Origin: Candidatus Dormiibacterota bacterium | GTDB lineage: Bacteria; Chloroflexota; Dormibacteria; Aeolococcales; Aeolococcaceae | NCBI GenBank assembly: GCA_963709585.1 | Contig: CAVPXI010000005.1 | Coordinates: 64,001-128,000, forward strand | Direction of reading: 5' to 3' | DNA: 64,000 nt | Shown: positions 19,826-30,006 of the stretch, in pieces | Layout of the letters: each line of letters opens with the position of its first letter | Position numbering within the stretch: the stretch's first letter is position 1 | The notes under the pieces: generated by a model | The model's database searches: none | The model's input: only the letters and a program-made list of their open reading frames with translations | Told to the model about the DNA's origin: nothing | Made by a program: the position numbers and the translations under genes

Positions 19826-20855
19826 CGACGGTGACTGCGTTGCCCGACGTGACCATCGGCACGGACCGGTTCAGCCGATCACTCCGCGACGTGCGTATCT
19901 CGGTCACCGATCGCTGCAACTTCCGCTGCCCGTACTGCATGCCCAAGGCGCGCTTCGGGCCTGGATATCGATTCCTGCCTCGCGCCGAGGCGCTCGAGGC
20001 GCGCGAGATCGTGCGGCTCGCAGGGGTGTTCGCGTCGCTCGGCGTGACCAAGATTCGCTTGACAGGCGGCGAACCGCTGCTTCGCACCGATCTCGCCGAG
20101 ATCGTCGAGGGCATTGCCGGCCTGGGCGTGGCGGATATCGCGCTGACCACCAACGGCGCGCTGCTCCGGCGCTGGGCGGTCCGCCTTCGCGAAGCCGGCC
20201 TGCATCGAGTCACGGTGAGCCTCGAACTCGCTCGACCCGGCCGTCTTCACCGCAATGAGTGATTCCCGAATCGAGGTGAGCGAGGTGCTCGACGGGATCG
20301 CCGCCGCACGCGACGCCGGCCTTGCGCCCGTCAAGCTCAACTGCGTGGTGCAGCGCGGGGTGAATGAGGACGGTCTGCTCGATCTCGTCGCCTTCGCCCG
20401 CCGCGAGGGCTTGGGCCTCCGCTGCATCGAATACATGGATGTGGGCGAGACCAACGGTTGGCGGATGGCGGACGTCGTGAGCGGCGAAGAGATCCTCGCG
20501 CGGGTGCGACGGGTTTATCCGCTCCTCGAGGAGGCGCCCGATCCGACCGCGGTCGCCCGGACGTATCGCTTCGCTGATGGCAACGGAGACCTCGGGGTGA
20601 TCACGTCGGTGAGCCGCCCGTTCTGCGGCGACTGCACGCGCGCTCGAACTCGGCGTCGACGGCAAGCTCTACACGTGCCTGTTCGCGACCGCCGGCGTCG
20701 ACCTGCGCGAACCCATGCGTTCGGGTGCCGACGACGACGCGCTCCGTCGCATCGTCGCCGAACGCTGGAAGCGGCGCGACGATCGTTACTCCGAGTTGCG
20801 CGGGCTCGGCATCGCCGAGGGCGAACGCATCGAGATGTCGTACATCGGCGGTTGA
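19822..20855 (+). CDS. moaA: GTP 3',8-cyclase (two +1 frameshifts at about 20226 and 20648)
   Basis: CNFRCPYC, LTGGEP, FCGDCTRAR, C-terminal EMSYIGG. Removing two bases gives 344 codons including the stop. Confidence 0.92.
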
Positions 20856-20858
20856 CCG

Positions 20859-21551
20859 ATGGATGACGTCACCGTGCTGGTCTTCGGTCCGCTGCGTGAG
20901 CGTGTCGGCGCCGCCGAGGTCCACGTCGCCGGTGCCACCGTGCAGGAGGTGTGGGACGAGCTGGTGCGCCGTCATCCCGCCGCCGCGGTCGACGCCGGGT
21001 CGGTCCGCGCGGCGCGCAATCTCGGCTACTGCGAGTGGAACACAGCGGTTCGCGGCGGTGACACCATCGCCTTCATCCCACCGGTTGCGGGCGGCAGCGA
21101 CGACGCGGCGTCGGTGCGGGTCTTGATCACCGACATTCCAATCGACATCGCGGCGGTGATCGCAACGGCGGGCACCTCGCGCGATGGTGCGGTCGCGACC
21201 TTCATCGGCAGGGTTCGTGATCACAGTGACGGCGTGGCCGTGGAGCGCATGGATTACGAGGCATACGCCGAGATGGCCGAAGCCGAGATGCACCGGATCG
21301 GCAGTGAGCTGCTCGCGCGCAGCGGGATCAGCACCATCACCATCGTGCACCGCACCGGTGCGCTGCTGGTCGGCGACGCGAGCGTGCTCGTGGTGGTGAC
21401 CGCGCCGCACCGGGACACTGCATTTCCAGCGTGCCAGGAGGCGTTGGAGCTCATCAAGATGACCGTACCGGTGTGGAAGCGGGAGCACCGTCCCGATGGC
21501 GCGCGCTGGGTGGATGCCCGCGATCGCACCGCAGACGAGGCGACCGTGTGA
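20859..21551 (+). CDS. Fused molybdopterin synthase MoaD-MoaE (MoaX-like)
   Basis: Ubiquitin-like domain ending IPPVAGG, then MoaE motifs GAVATFIGRVR, YEAY, HRTG, PVWKRE. Confidence 0.9.
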   Translation: MDDVTVLVFGPLRERVGAAEVHVAGATVQEVWDELVRRHPAAAVDAGSVRAARNLGYCEWNTAVRGGDTIAFIPPVAGGSDDAASVRVLITDIPIDIAAVIATAGTSRDGAVATFIGRVRDHSDGVAVERMDYEAYAEMAEAEMHRIGSELLARSGISTITIVHRTGALLVGDASVLVVVTAPHRDTAFPACQEALELIKMTVPVWKREHRPDGARWVDARDRTADEATV

Positions 21552-22042
21552 TGGTGCAACGCCTCTCCCACGTTGACGAGGCAGGTCGCGCGCGCATGGT
21601 CGACATCAGCGACAAGGCGGTGACCCAGCGCAGCGCGACCGCGCGGGGTCGGGTTCGATGCAGTTCGGAGGCGGTGCAGCGGATCGCCGCCAACGCGATC
21701 GCGAAAGGCAGCGTGCTCGACACCGCACGCATCGCGGGCATCATGGGTGCCAAGCGCACCTCGGACCTGATCCCCCTCTGCCATCCGCTTGCGCTCCGCC
21801 ACATCGACGTCGACCTGCGCGTCGACACATCCGACACTCCCGGCGTCCTGATTGAGGCGACCGCGCGTGTCGAGGGCGCGACCGGAGTCGAGATGGAGGC
21901 CCTGACCGCCGTTGCCATCGCGGCGCTCACGGTCATCGACATGATCAAGGCGGTGGACCACTGGGCATCGATCACCGACGTCACCCTGGTGCACAAGGAG
22001 GGCGGGCGAAGCGGGTCGCTCGACCGGCCCGAAAGGGGTTAG
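21551..22042 (+). CDS. moaC: Cyclic pyranopterin monophosphate synthase
   Basis: LSHVDEAGRARMVD, LIPLCHP, GVEMEALT, DMIKAVD, KEGGRSG. Confidence 0.95.
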   Translation: MVQRLSHVDEAGRARMVDISDKAVTQRSATARGRVRCSSEAVQRIAANAIAKGSVLDTARIAGIMGAKRTSDLIPLCHPLALRHIDVDLRVDTSDTPGVLIEATARVEGATGVEMEALTAVAIAALTVIDMIKAVDHWASITDVTLVHKEGGRSGSLDRPERG

Positions 22043-22593
22043 TTCGCGGGGCTTGCCTGAGCGGCGTGTCGCGTCTCGCCCGAGATGAGCGCGAGCGCGT
22101 GCGGCAGCGCCGGCCAGACCGCGTCGAGGCATTCGGCCACGGCGGTGGGACTCCCGGGCAGGGACAGGACCAGGCAGTTCCTGGTGACACCGACGACCTG
22201 GCGTGAGAGCATCGCGTGCGGCGTTGACTTGAGGCCCTGGTGGCGCATCACCTCGGCCATCCCCGGAACCTCATAGTCGAACAATGGGAGCAGCGCCTGC
22301 GGCGTCACGTCGCGAGGACCGAGACCAGTGCCACCGGTGAGAATGAGAATGTCCGACTTGCCGGCGCACTGCTCGACGGCGGCTCGGATCGCGTCGATGT
22401 CGTCGGTCACACTCTCGCGCCCGACGATATCCGCGGGGAGGAGCGCGAATCGCGCGACGATAACATCGCCGCTGCGATCGTCGGCATCGACGCCGCGACG
22501 GCTGTCGCTGACGGTGATCTCCGCCCCACGCCAGCGCTTGTCCTCGGTCAGATCACGCATCGCGAAGGATCCGCTCGTGTCCGGCGTAGACAT
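22039..22593 (-). CDS. moaB: MogA/MoaB molybdopterin adenylyltransferase
   Basis: ITVSD, DRSG, TGGTGLGPRDVTP, LPGSP. Confidence 0.9.
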   Translation of the reverse strand: MSTPDTSGSFAMRDLTEDKRWRGAEITVSDSRRGVDADDRSGDVIVARFALLPADIVGRESVTDDIDAIRAAVEQCAGKSDILILTGGTGLGPRDVTPQALLPLFDYEVPGMAEVMRHQGLKSTPHAMLSRQVVGVTRNCLVLSLPGSPTAVAECLDAVWPALPHALALISGETRHAAQASPAN

Positions 22594-23374
22594 TCATATG
22601 CTCACCGCGAAGAAAGCCTATCAAGGTCATCCCGGAGTCAGCCGCGAGCTCCACGGCGAGGCTCGACGGCGCCGAAACGGCCGCCAGTAAGGGGATCCCG
22701 GCCATCAACGACTTCTGTGTCAACTCAAAGCTGGCGCGCCCGGACGCGAGGATGATGTGCGAGCGGAGCGGAAGCCGTCCCTGCGTGGCCGCCCATCCGA
22801 TGACCTTGTCGAACGCATTGTGGCGACCGACATCTTCACGCAGGCAGAGCAGCCCACCGGCACGGTCGAACAGTGCCGCGGCATGCAATCCCCCGGTGCG
22901 CGAGAACTGCCGCTGCGCCGAACGCTGTATTGCGGGCAGGCCAAGCAGGAGTTCGGGCGAAACGCGCAGCGGGTCGCCGGCCACGTCGTACGCCGACTTG
23001 GTGCGCACAGCCTCGATGCTCGCCTTGCCGCACATGCCGCACGATGACGTCATGTAGAACGCGCGCGGCGTCATATCCCGGGAAGCCGCGGCGTCCGACA
23101 GCGTGACCTCGACGACGTTCAGCTCACCGGTGGCGGCCGCCGCGTCGGGACACATCCGCATCCCCGCGATCTCGCCCGCTCCACCGGCGATGCCCTCGGT
23201 GATCAGGAAGCCGGCAACCAGGTCGAAGTCGTCGCCGGGGGTGCGCATCGTCACCGAGAGCGAGACGCCCCCGACCCGGATCTCGAGCGGCTCCTCGGTG
23301 CTGATTTCGTCGCTCCGCCAGGTCACGCCTCCGCCGGCTGCAACCTCCATCACACGCCGGTGGCGCACGGTCAT
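22553..23374 (-). CDS. fdhD: Formate dehydrogenase accessory sulfurtransferase
   Basis: EEPLEIR, MRTPGDD, SSCGMCG, TGGLHAA, EDVGRHNAFDK. ATG 23374 lies 7 nt after TATCGT. Confidence 0.94.
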   Translation of the reverse strand: MTVRHRRVMEVAAGGGVTWRSDEISTEEPLEIRVGGVSLSVTMRTPGDDFDLVAGFLITEGIAGGAGEIAGMRMCPDAAAATGELNVVEVTLSDAAASRDMTPRAFYMTSSCGMCGKASIEAVRTKSAYDVAGDPLRVSPELLLGLPAIQRSAQRQFSRTGGLHAAALFDRAGGLLCLREDVGRHNAFDKVIGWAATQGRLPLRSHIILASGRASFELTQKSLMAGIPLLAAVSAPSSLAVELAADSGMTLIGFLRGEHMNVYAGHERILRDA

Positions 23375-23450
23375 GGCGACCACGATAGCGACCGCGTGTC
23401 GGGATGGCGGGTCCCGCGCCCCACGGCCATCCGCCAAGATCACCCGCGAC

Positions 23451-23741
23451 ATGACCAACGCACCCAATACAAACGATCTGCTCGCCAGGCTGGCGTCGGC
23501 ATTGAGCGCGGCTCGAGGCTCGGCCGGTGCCGTGCAACCGGTCGATCCCGCCGGACGCGCGCGGCTGCTCCGCATCGCCCGCGACGTCGCGCATGCGAGC
23601 GAGCGGCAGAACGCCCCGCTCGCAGCCTACCTGACCGGCCGGTTCGTCCAGGACGCCGTCCGCTCGGGCGTCTCCGAGGCCGACGCTCTCCAGCAGGCGG
23701 AGTTGGTGGTCCGTACCCTCATCGGGGATGGTGCCGGCTGA
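23451..23741 (+). CDS. Small DUF6457-like protein (Moco-gene associated)
   Basis: LLRIARDVAHASERQNAPLAAYLTG resembles the family core as recalled; sits next to mobA. Confidence 0.7.
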   Translation: MTNAPNTNDLLARLASALSAARGSAGAVQPVDPAGRARLLRIARDVAHASERQNAPLAAYLTGRFVQDAVRSGVSEADALQQAELVVRTLIGDGAG

Positions 23742-24348
23742 CCTCGGCGAGGTCCTGCGGAGTGTTGACATTGCGGGTGAAGCGGTCGGAGATGCCCGCG
23801 TCGCGCCACTCGCTCTCGGTGAGGCGCACCGCCTCCGACTTCTCGATCAGACGCCGCAGCGATCGATCCGACCCGGCGAGCGCGGCCTCCGCCGCGGCGA
23901 GCATGGACGTGGCGTAGACGGCATGGAGCGGCTCGATGCCGCGAGCCGTCTCGCACACCGCCACATCACCGTCGCCGATCCTCGCCGCCAGCATCCGGAT
24001 GAGACGCGGATCGATCCATGGGAGGTCGACGGCCACGACCGCGAGCAGCCGGTGCGGTGATGCGCGCAACGCCGCGACGAGCCCGCCGAGCGGCCCGGCT
24101 CCGGGCACAGGGTCAGCGACTGAGAGCCGCCCTGCGACGCGGCCGGGTGCATCCCCAGCGGCGATGAGCACGGGATCGCACACCGCATCGAGACGGGCGA
24201 GCGCGCGCTCCAGCAGCGTCGTTCCTTCGAAGGTGATGGTCGCCTTGTCGACGCCCATTCGCGCGCTGCGACCGCCGCACAGCACCACCCCGGCAAGCCC
24301 GGGGATCGCGAGGACACCGTCGCGCCGGCGCGCCTGGGGTGATTCCAC
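23719..24348 (-). CDS. mobA: Molybdenum cofactor guanylyltransferase
   Basis: LCGGRSARMGVDKA, GPLGGL, AVDLP, EPLHAVY, NVNTPQD. GTG 24348 lies 8 nt after TAAGGT. Confidence 0.9.
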   Translation of the reverse strand: MESPQARRRDGVLAIPGLAGVVLCGGRSARMGVDKATITFEGTTLLERALARLDAVCDPVLIAAGDAPGRVAGRLSVADPVPGAGPLGGLVAALRASPHRLLAVVAVDLPWIDPRLIRMLAARIGDGDVAVCETARGIEPLHAVYATSMLAAAEAALAGSDRSLRRLIEKSEAVRLTESEWRDAGISDRFTRNVNTPQDLAEVSRHHPR

Positions 24349-24433
24349 TGGGCGCAACCTTACGCAACGCCACCGTCCTGAATCTCACCGGGGGGAGGGG
24401 CGATATCTGCGCAGTCGCAGGATCGCCTTCGCC

Positions 24434-24646
24434 CTACGCGTTCAGGCCGTTGCTCACGTTCGAGAAGACGTTGTTCGTCTGGTGTCCGACGACGCCGACC
24501 ACGACGATCACGAAGATTGCGATCAGGACCAGGACGAGCGCGTACTCGACCAATCCCTGACCACGTTCGTCATCGCGCCGCCGGCTGGTGGGAACGGTCA
24601 TCGACCTCACCAGGGCTACCAACGCTGGGAAAAATGCCGGGATCAT
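24434..24646 (-). CDS. flp: Flp/type IVb pilin
   Basis: ERG|QGLVEYALVLVLIAI prepilin cleavage and Flp motif. Confidence 0.88.
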   Translation of the reverse strand: MIPAFFPALVALVRSMTVPTSRRRDDERGQGLVEYALVLVLIAIFVIVVVGVVGHQTNNVFSNVSNGLNA

Positions 24647-24731
24647 GTCGAAAGCATCATTCACGCGTGGCGGCCAGACGTTGTGATTGGGTGACGAGCT
24701 TGTTTCGGTGCTGGCCAACGAAATCGCGCTC

Positions 24732-24747
24732 GTTACGCCTGCGTTAC
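24732..24747. promoter_or_regulatory. GTTAC-N6-GTTAC direct repeat upstream of flp
   Basis: 11-bp-period direct repeat of the OmpR-family (MtrA/GlnR-like) box type. Confidence 0.35.
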
Positions 24748-24754
24748 CCCGAGA

Positions 24755-26335
24755 TCAGCGTGCGAGTTCGGCGCTCTTGATTGCCGCCCCGTAACCGTCG
24801 GGCAGCGGCCGCGGCGGCTGGGGACCCACGTACAGCGCGGAGGGACGGATCAGCCTGTTGTTGGCGGCCTGTTCGGCGATCGCCGCGGTCCAGCCGACGG
24901 TGCGGCTCGAGGCAAACGTGGGGGTGAACATGTCGGGCGGGATGCCGACGCTGTTCATCACCACCCCCGCGTAGAACTCCACATTCGTGTAGAGGCGCCG
25001 ACCGGGTTTCAACTCGTTGAGCACGCGCAGCGCGGTCCGCTCCACCTGGACGGCGAACTCCGCCTGCGGACCGCCCAGCTCGATCGCCACCTCGCGCAGG
25101 AGCGTCGAGCGCGGGTCGTCGGTCTTGTAGACGCGATGGCCGAAGCCCATCAGGCGCTCACCGGACGAGATCTCGTGGCGGAGGTACTCCTCGGCTTTGT
25201 CCGGGGTGCCGATCGCATCGAGCATGGCAAGCGCCCTCGATGGCGCACCCCCGTGGAGCGGGCCGGCCAGAGCACCGATCGCCCCGGTGAGCGCCGACCC
25301 GATGTCGGACCCCGTCGACGTGATCACGCGCGCCGTGAAGGTCGACGAGTTGAACCCGTGGTCCATCGTCAGGATCAGGTACTGCTCCAGCGCGCGGATC
25401 GCCCGGTCGTGGGGCCGTTCGCCGGTGAGCATCTGGATGTAGGCGCCCACGTAGCCGAGGTCCGGGTCCGGCTCAACGGGTTCGAGGCCGAGATGGTGGC
25501 GGTGCAGCCGCATCAGCAGCACCGGGACGATCGCCGCCATCTTCAGGCATTCCCGGCGGACCTCGTCCGCGGGGATGTCGAGCGTCGGCTTCTGCTCGAG
25601 GGCCGCCCCCGCGAGTGACACGGCGGAGCGAAGCGCCATCAGCGGCGTATACCCGGGCAGCGCCGCGATCGCGGGGAGCAGGTCCGCGACCGTGTCGGGA
25701 ACCGAGCGCGCCTCAACCGCGAGCTTGGTGAACTCCTTCAACTGGGCGTCGTCGGGCAGCTCACCTTCGACGAGCAGATGCCATACCTGCTCGAACGAAC
25801 ACCGGCGTGCCAGCTCGGTGGCGTTGTAGCCCCGGTAGTGGAAGAACCCCTCCTCGCCGCGAACGTCGCCGACCGAGGTCTCGGCTACAGCCACGCCCTC
25901 GAGGCCCCGGGGCGCGAGCCCGGGAGGGGCAGAGCCCGCCGGCTGCACCTCTTCGATATGCGCCACCCGGACCACATGGCGGATCGACAGGATTCCCGCG
26001 ACCCGGTCGCCGTCCATCACCGGCAGGTGGCGGAAGCGGCGCTCTCGGAAGAGCTCGAGGCCCTTCTCCACGGTGTCGGTCACCGACACCGTGATCGGGT
26101 CCTTGGTCATGACCTCTTCTACCTTGGCGGTGCCCGGGTCGACGCCGTGCCCGACCGAGCGGAGCAGGTCCCGCTCACTCAGCATCCCGCGCAACCGGTC
26201 CTGCTCGTCCAGGACGGCGGCGGCACCGACATTCGCGCGGTCAAGGATCACCGCAGCCTCCGCCAGGGTGATCGTGGTCGGCACGACCACCGCCGGCTTG
26301 TGCATCACGTCGGCGACGGTCAGCGAGGCGGTCAC
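24755..26335 (-). CDS. Citrate synthase with N-terminal CBS pair
   Basis: Residues about 1-125 form a CBS pair (VADVMHK, GMLSERDLL, FRHLPV). Then GLEGV, DHGFNSSTF, GPLHGGA, MGFGHRVYK, NVEFYAG. Confidence 0.92.
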   Translation of the reverse strand: MTASLTVADVMHKPAVVVPTTITLAEAAVILDRANVGAAAVLDEQDRLRGMLSERDLLRSVGHGVDPGTAKVEEVMTKDPITVSVTDTVEKGLELFRERRFRHLPVMDGDRVAGILSIRHVVRVAHIEEVQPAGSAPPGLAPRGLEGVAVAETSVGDVRGEEGFFHYRGYNATELARRCSFEQVWHLLVEGELPDDAQLKEFTKLAVEARSVPDTVADLLPAIAALPGYTPLMALRSAVSLAGAALEQKPTLDIPADEVRRECLKMAAIVPVLLMRLHRHHLGLEPVEPDPDLGYVGAYIQMLTGERPHDRAIRALEQYLILTMDHGFNSSTFTARVITSTGSDIGSALTGAIGALAGPLHGGAPSRALAMLDAIGTPDKAEEYLRHEISSGERLMGFGHRVYKTDDPRSTLLREVAIELGGPQAEFAVQVERTALRVLNELKPGRRLYTNVEFYAGVVMNSVGIPPDMFTPTFASSRTVGWTAAIAEQAANNRLIRPSALYVGPQPPRPLPDGYGAAIKSAELAR

Positions 26336-26432
26336 GCTGTCAGTCTAGCGCTGCGCGCCAGGGACCTCGGCGCCGTACGCGTCTCCGCGGCCCTGCGCGG
26401 CGAGGCGCCGGAGCGTCACGATCTGCGACCAC

Positions 26433-27894
26433 ATGACAGGCGCTCGACCCACTGGCGACATGGATCCGGTGGCGTACCGGCACGCAGCGCACCGCGTCGC
26501 CGATTGGACCGCCGACTACCTCCGGGACGTCGAGCGCTTCCCGGTGCTGAGTCCCACCCAGCCGGGAGCGGTGCGGCGTGAACTGCCCGTGGCGCCGCCC
26601 CCGAACGGCGAGCCGATCGAGACGGTGCTCGCCGACGTCGAGGAGCTGCTGATTCCCGCAACCACGCACTGGCAGTCCCCGGGGTTCATGGCGTACTTCG
26701 CGTCGAGCGGATCGGGGCCCGGGATCCTCGGCGAGACGCTTGCCGCGGCGTTCAACGTCAACGCGATGCTCTGGCGGACCGCCCCGGCAGCGACCGAGCT
26801 CGAGCAGGTGACCCTCGACTGGCTTCGCCAGATGGTGGGGCTGCCGCAACCCCGCTTCGGGGTTATCAACGACACCGCCTCGACGAGCACGCTCTACGCG
26901 CTGGCAGCAGCGCGCGAGGCCCAGACCGACCTGCGCATCCGCGAACTTGGCATGGCGGGACGTCCCGACATGCCGGCGCTGCGCTACTACGCATCCGCCG
27001 AGGCGCACTCATCGGTCGAGAAAGCCGGCATCGTGCTGGGCACCGGCACAGAAGGGCTGCGTCGGATCCCGGTCGACGAGCGATTCCGAATGGACCCCGT
27101 AGCGCTGCGCCAGGCGATTCACGAGGACATCGCCGCCGGGATCCGCCCGTTCGCGGTTGTCGCCACCGCGGGCACCACATCAACCACCAGTGTCGATCCG
27201 ATCCCGGCGATCGCGTCGCTCTGCGAGCAGCATGGATTGTGGCTCCATGTCGACGCGGCCTATGGCGGTGCGGCCGCGATCGCTCCCGAGCTGCGCTGGG
27301 TGCTCGACGGTGCCGACCGCGCCGAACTCGATCGTCGTCAACCCGCACAAGTGGCTCTTCACACCGATCGACTGCAGCGTCCTCTGGACGCGGCGTCCCG
27401 ACGTCCTGCGCGAAGCCTTCTCGCTCGTGCCGGAATACCTCACCACCACCGATGGGTCGGAGCAGAACGCCCCCAACCTCATGGATTACGGAACGTCACT
27501 CGGCCGCCGGATGCGGGCGCTCAAGCTGTGGATGGTCATCCGCCATTTCGGGACCGACGGGCTCGCTCAACGCATTCGCGAGCACTGCGAGTACGCGTCA
27601 ATGCTCGCGCGCTGGATCGAGGGTGAGCCCGACTTCGAGCTGCTCGCGCCCGCGCCACTGAGCGTCGTCTGCCTGCGCGCACATCCTCCCGGCCTCGACA
27701 ACCCGGGAACACTCGACGCGCTCAACCAGCGCATCGTCGAGCGCATCAACATCGGTGGACGGTTCTTCGTGAGCCACACAAAGCTGCGTGGCGAGTACGC
27801 AATCCGCGTCGCATTCGGCGGCGTGCGACAGGAGGAGCGTCACGCACGCGGAGTGATCGCGGCGTTGCGCGGCGCCATGGACGATGTAGGATGA
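26433..27894 (+). CDS. PLP-dependent aromatic-L-amino-acid decarboxylase family (+1 frameshift at about 27326)
   Basis: THWQSPGFMAYF, SAEAHSSVEKA, WLHVDAAYGG, (D)SIVVNPHKW, RALKLW. Confidence 0.88.
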
Positions 27895-27900
27895 GACGCG

Positions 27901-29047
27901 ATGTTCCGCGCCCTTGGGGCGAGACTCACCCTCGACCATAAGGGGGTGACCGGAGCTGCGCTTTTCGAAGCGGCAGCCCAGCGAATCTGGCTCTGGGCGA
28001 CGAGTGGTCTTAAGACTGCAGCGGATCATGTGAGCGAGGGCGAGCTCCAGGAAGGCGATCTGCACGTGACCGTGCTGCGCTGCGACAGCGGCAATCGATC
28101 GCTGTGCCGTGTCGCCGTCCAGCGGCCGGACGAGTGGGACCGGTCGATACTCTGGATCACCACTGTCGACGCCGTGCGCACCGGTGACACGGTGGCGGTC
28201 GGTGTCTCGGTCGAGCAGGACATGCGTTATATTCGCGTGCCACCGTCACCGCTTGTTCCACCGCTGGTTGCCTTGCTCCACGATTTCGTCAATGACGGAG
28301 CAACCGCTGGATCGCAACGGCTTCGCTCGACGCCGGAGGCGGTGCTGGGCTCCGAGCAGATCGACTCCTTCGTGCACTCGTGCCTCCTCGACCCGGGACG
28401 ACGCCTCCCGGTGGTGGTCTTCAGTGCCAAGAAAGAGGAGGACGGCGTGTATCCAACCGAGGCCGGCAATCCGTCGCTGACGGCCCGCGAACTCTGCGGG
28501 CTCGCGCACGTCTTCGTCATGCCACGAGTTCGAGGACTCACATCGCCTGACCAAGCGACTCGGGATGCTCTCGGTGTACGACGGTGCGGTGCGCATCTAC
28601 TGGCCGCGGTTCCGGTTGAGCGACCCGCCTCCGCGTCACCCGTTGCATCTCCGTCAACGGCTCAACACCGCGAGTGGGCCGGCCATCATTCGTCGGGTGG
28701 TCGAGGCGGGCGCACGTTCGTATCGCCCACCCGACGGCACCGCGACCCTGCTTGCGACGCGCTGGCGGGATCGAGAGCAGGAGCGCATCGCGGCGATCAT
28801 CGATGATCCCGACCTGGCCCGGCAGGCATCGCTGTTGCGCGACGAGCTGCTGCGTGTCATCGATGCCAAGGTTGCGCTCGAGCACGAGATGGAGACGCTG
28901 CGTCATCAGCTGGTCCGCTCCACGGAGCGCACCGACGAACTCGATACGCAGCTCACCGGTGTCCGGGCGGCGCCTGCGACGTCGACCGAGCTCACCGGCA
29001 AACCGGCGGCGCCGAGCCACGATGCGGTCACACCTGACGGCGGCTGA
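27901..29047 (+). CDS. Hypothetical protein with C-terminal coiled coil (+1 frameshift at about 28529)
   Basis: Two ORFs join after removing one base: RRLPVVVFS...LCGLAHVF...LSVYDGAVRIYWP...HPL, then a heptad-like tail. Confidence 0.6.
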
Positions 29048-29053
29048 CGGTCG

Positions 29054-29956
29054 TCAACGACTCGAGCGCGCGTTCGTCCGTGGCACTCGGCCGGAGACGA
29101 CGCGAGTGACCCCGAGCTCGTCCTTCGTCCAGCTCACGTCGACTAGTCCGGCGGCGCGCAGCGTCGCCTGAGTGCGCCGCGACAGGTAGGTACCGACCTC
29201 GACGAGCAGAACACCGCCCGGTTTGAGCCAGTCGTACGCGGCATCGGCGAGTTTGCGCACCAACCCGAGACCGTCATCGGAGCCGTCGGTGAGCGATTGG
29301 AGCGGCTCGAAGGCACGGATCTCTCGGGGCAGTTCCTTCAGGTCCCGGCGGAGCACATACGGCGGGTGGATGGTGAAGACATCGATCGCACCACACAGCC
29401 GGCGCGGGAGCGCGTCGAGGAGATCGCCGGCGCGGAAATGCGCATTGCCGAGACCGAGACGTCGGGCGTTGTCCCTTCCGAGCGCCGCGGCGTCCGGGGA
29501 GATGTCCACGCCCCAGACATCAGCGTTGCGCACCTCGTTGGCGACGGCGAGCGCAACCGGACCGGCACCGGTCGCCACGTCGACGGCGACCCGCGGCCCG
29601 CGCCGTCGGCGCAAGGCCCTGACCGCCTCCTCCGCAAGCAACTCGCTCGATGCTCGTGGCACGAACACGCCTTCTCTCACCAGCAGATCGAGTCCCCGGA
29701 ATGCGTAGTGCCCCTTGATGCGAGGAATCGGCTCGCCGTTGACACGACGCGCAACCATCGCCGCGTACCGCTTCTTCGACGTGCGGTCGAGCTCGCGATC
29801 GAGGAGCGCCCGCGTCAGCTTTCGCCCGAGCACCTCGGCCATCAACTCCTCGGCGTCGTAGCGGCCGAGGTTTCGGTCCCAATGGTCGATGGCCGTCGAC
29901 TTGTCAATCTTGCGTATGGCTTTGTCGATATGTTCGGTGACGGTCGTGGCGGGCAT
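29054..29956 (-). CDS. HemK/PrmC-like SAM methyltransferase (HPPY in place of NPPY)
   Basis: RRVNGEP, GVFVPR, DVATGAG, IHPPYV, FEP, DGLG. Confidence 0.85.
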   Translation of the reverse strand: MPATTVTEHIDKAIRKIDKSTAIDHWDRNLGRYDAEELMAEVLGRKLTRALLDRELDRTSKKRYAAMVARRVNGEPIPRIKGHYAFRGLDLLVREGVFVPRASSELLAEEAVRALRRRRGPRVAVDVATGAGPVALAVANEVRNADVWGVDISPDAAALGRDNARRLGLGNAHFRAGDLLDALPRRLCGAIDVFTIHPPYVLRRDLKELPREIRAFEPLQSLTDGSDDGLGLVRKLADAAYDWLKPGGVLLVEVGTYLSRRTQATLRAAGLVDVSWTKDELGVTRVVSGRVPRTNARSSR

Positions 29957-30006
29957 GGCCCGCGCATGGTAAGCGCTCGTATGGCCGGCACGCGCACCAT
30001 GGTCGA

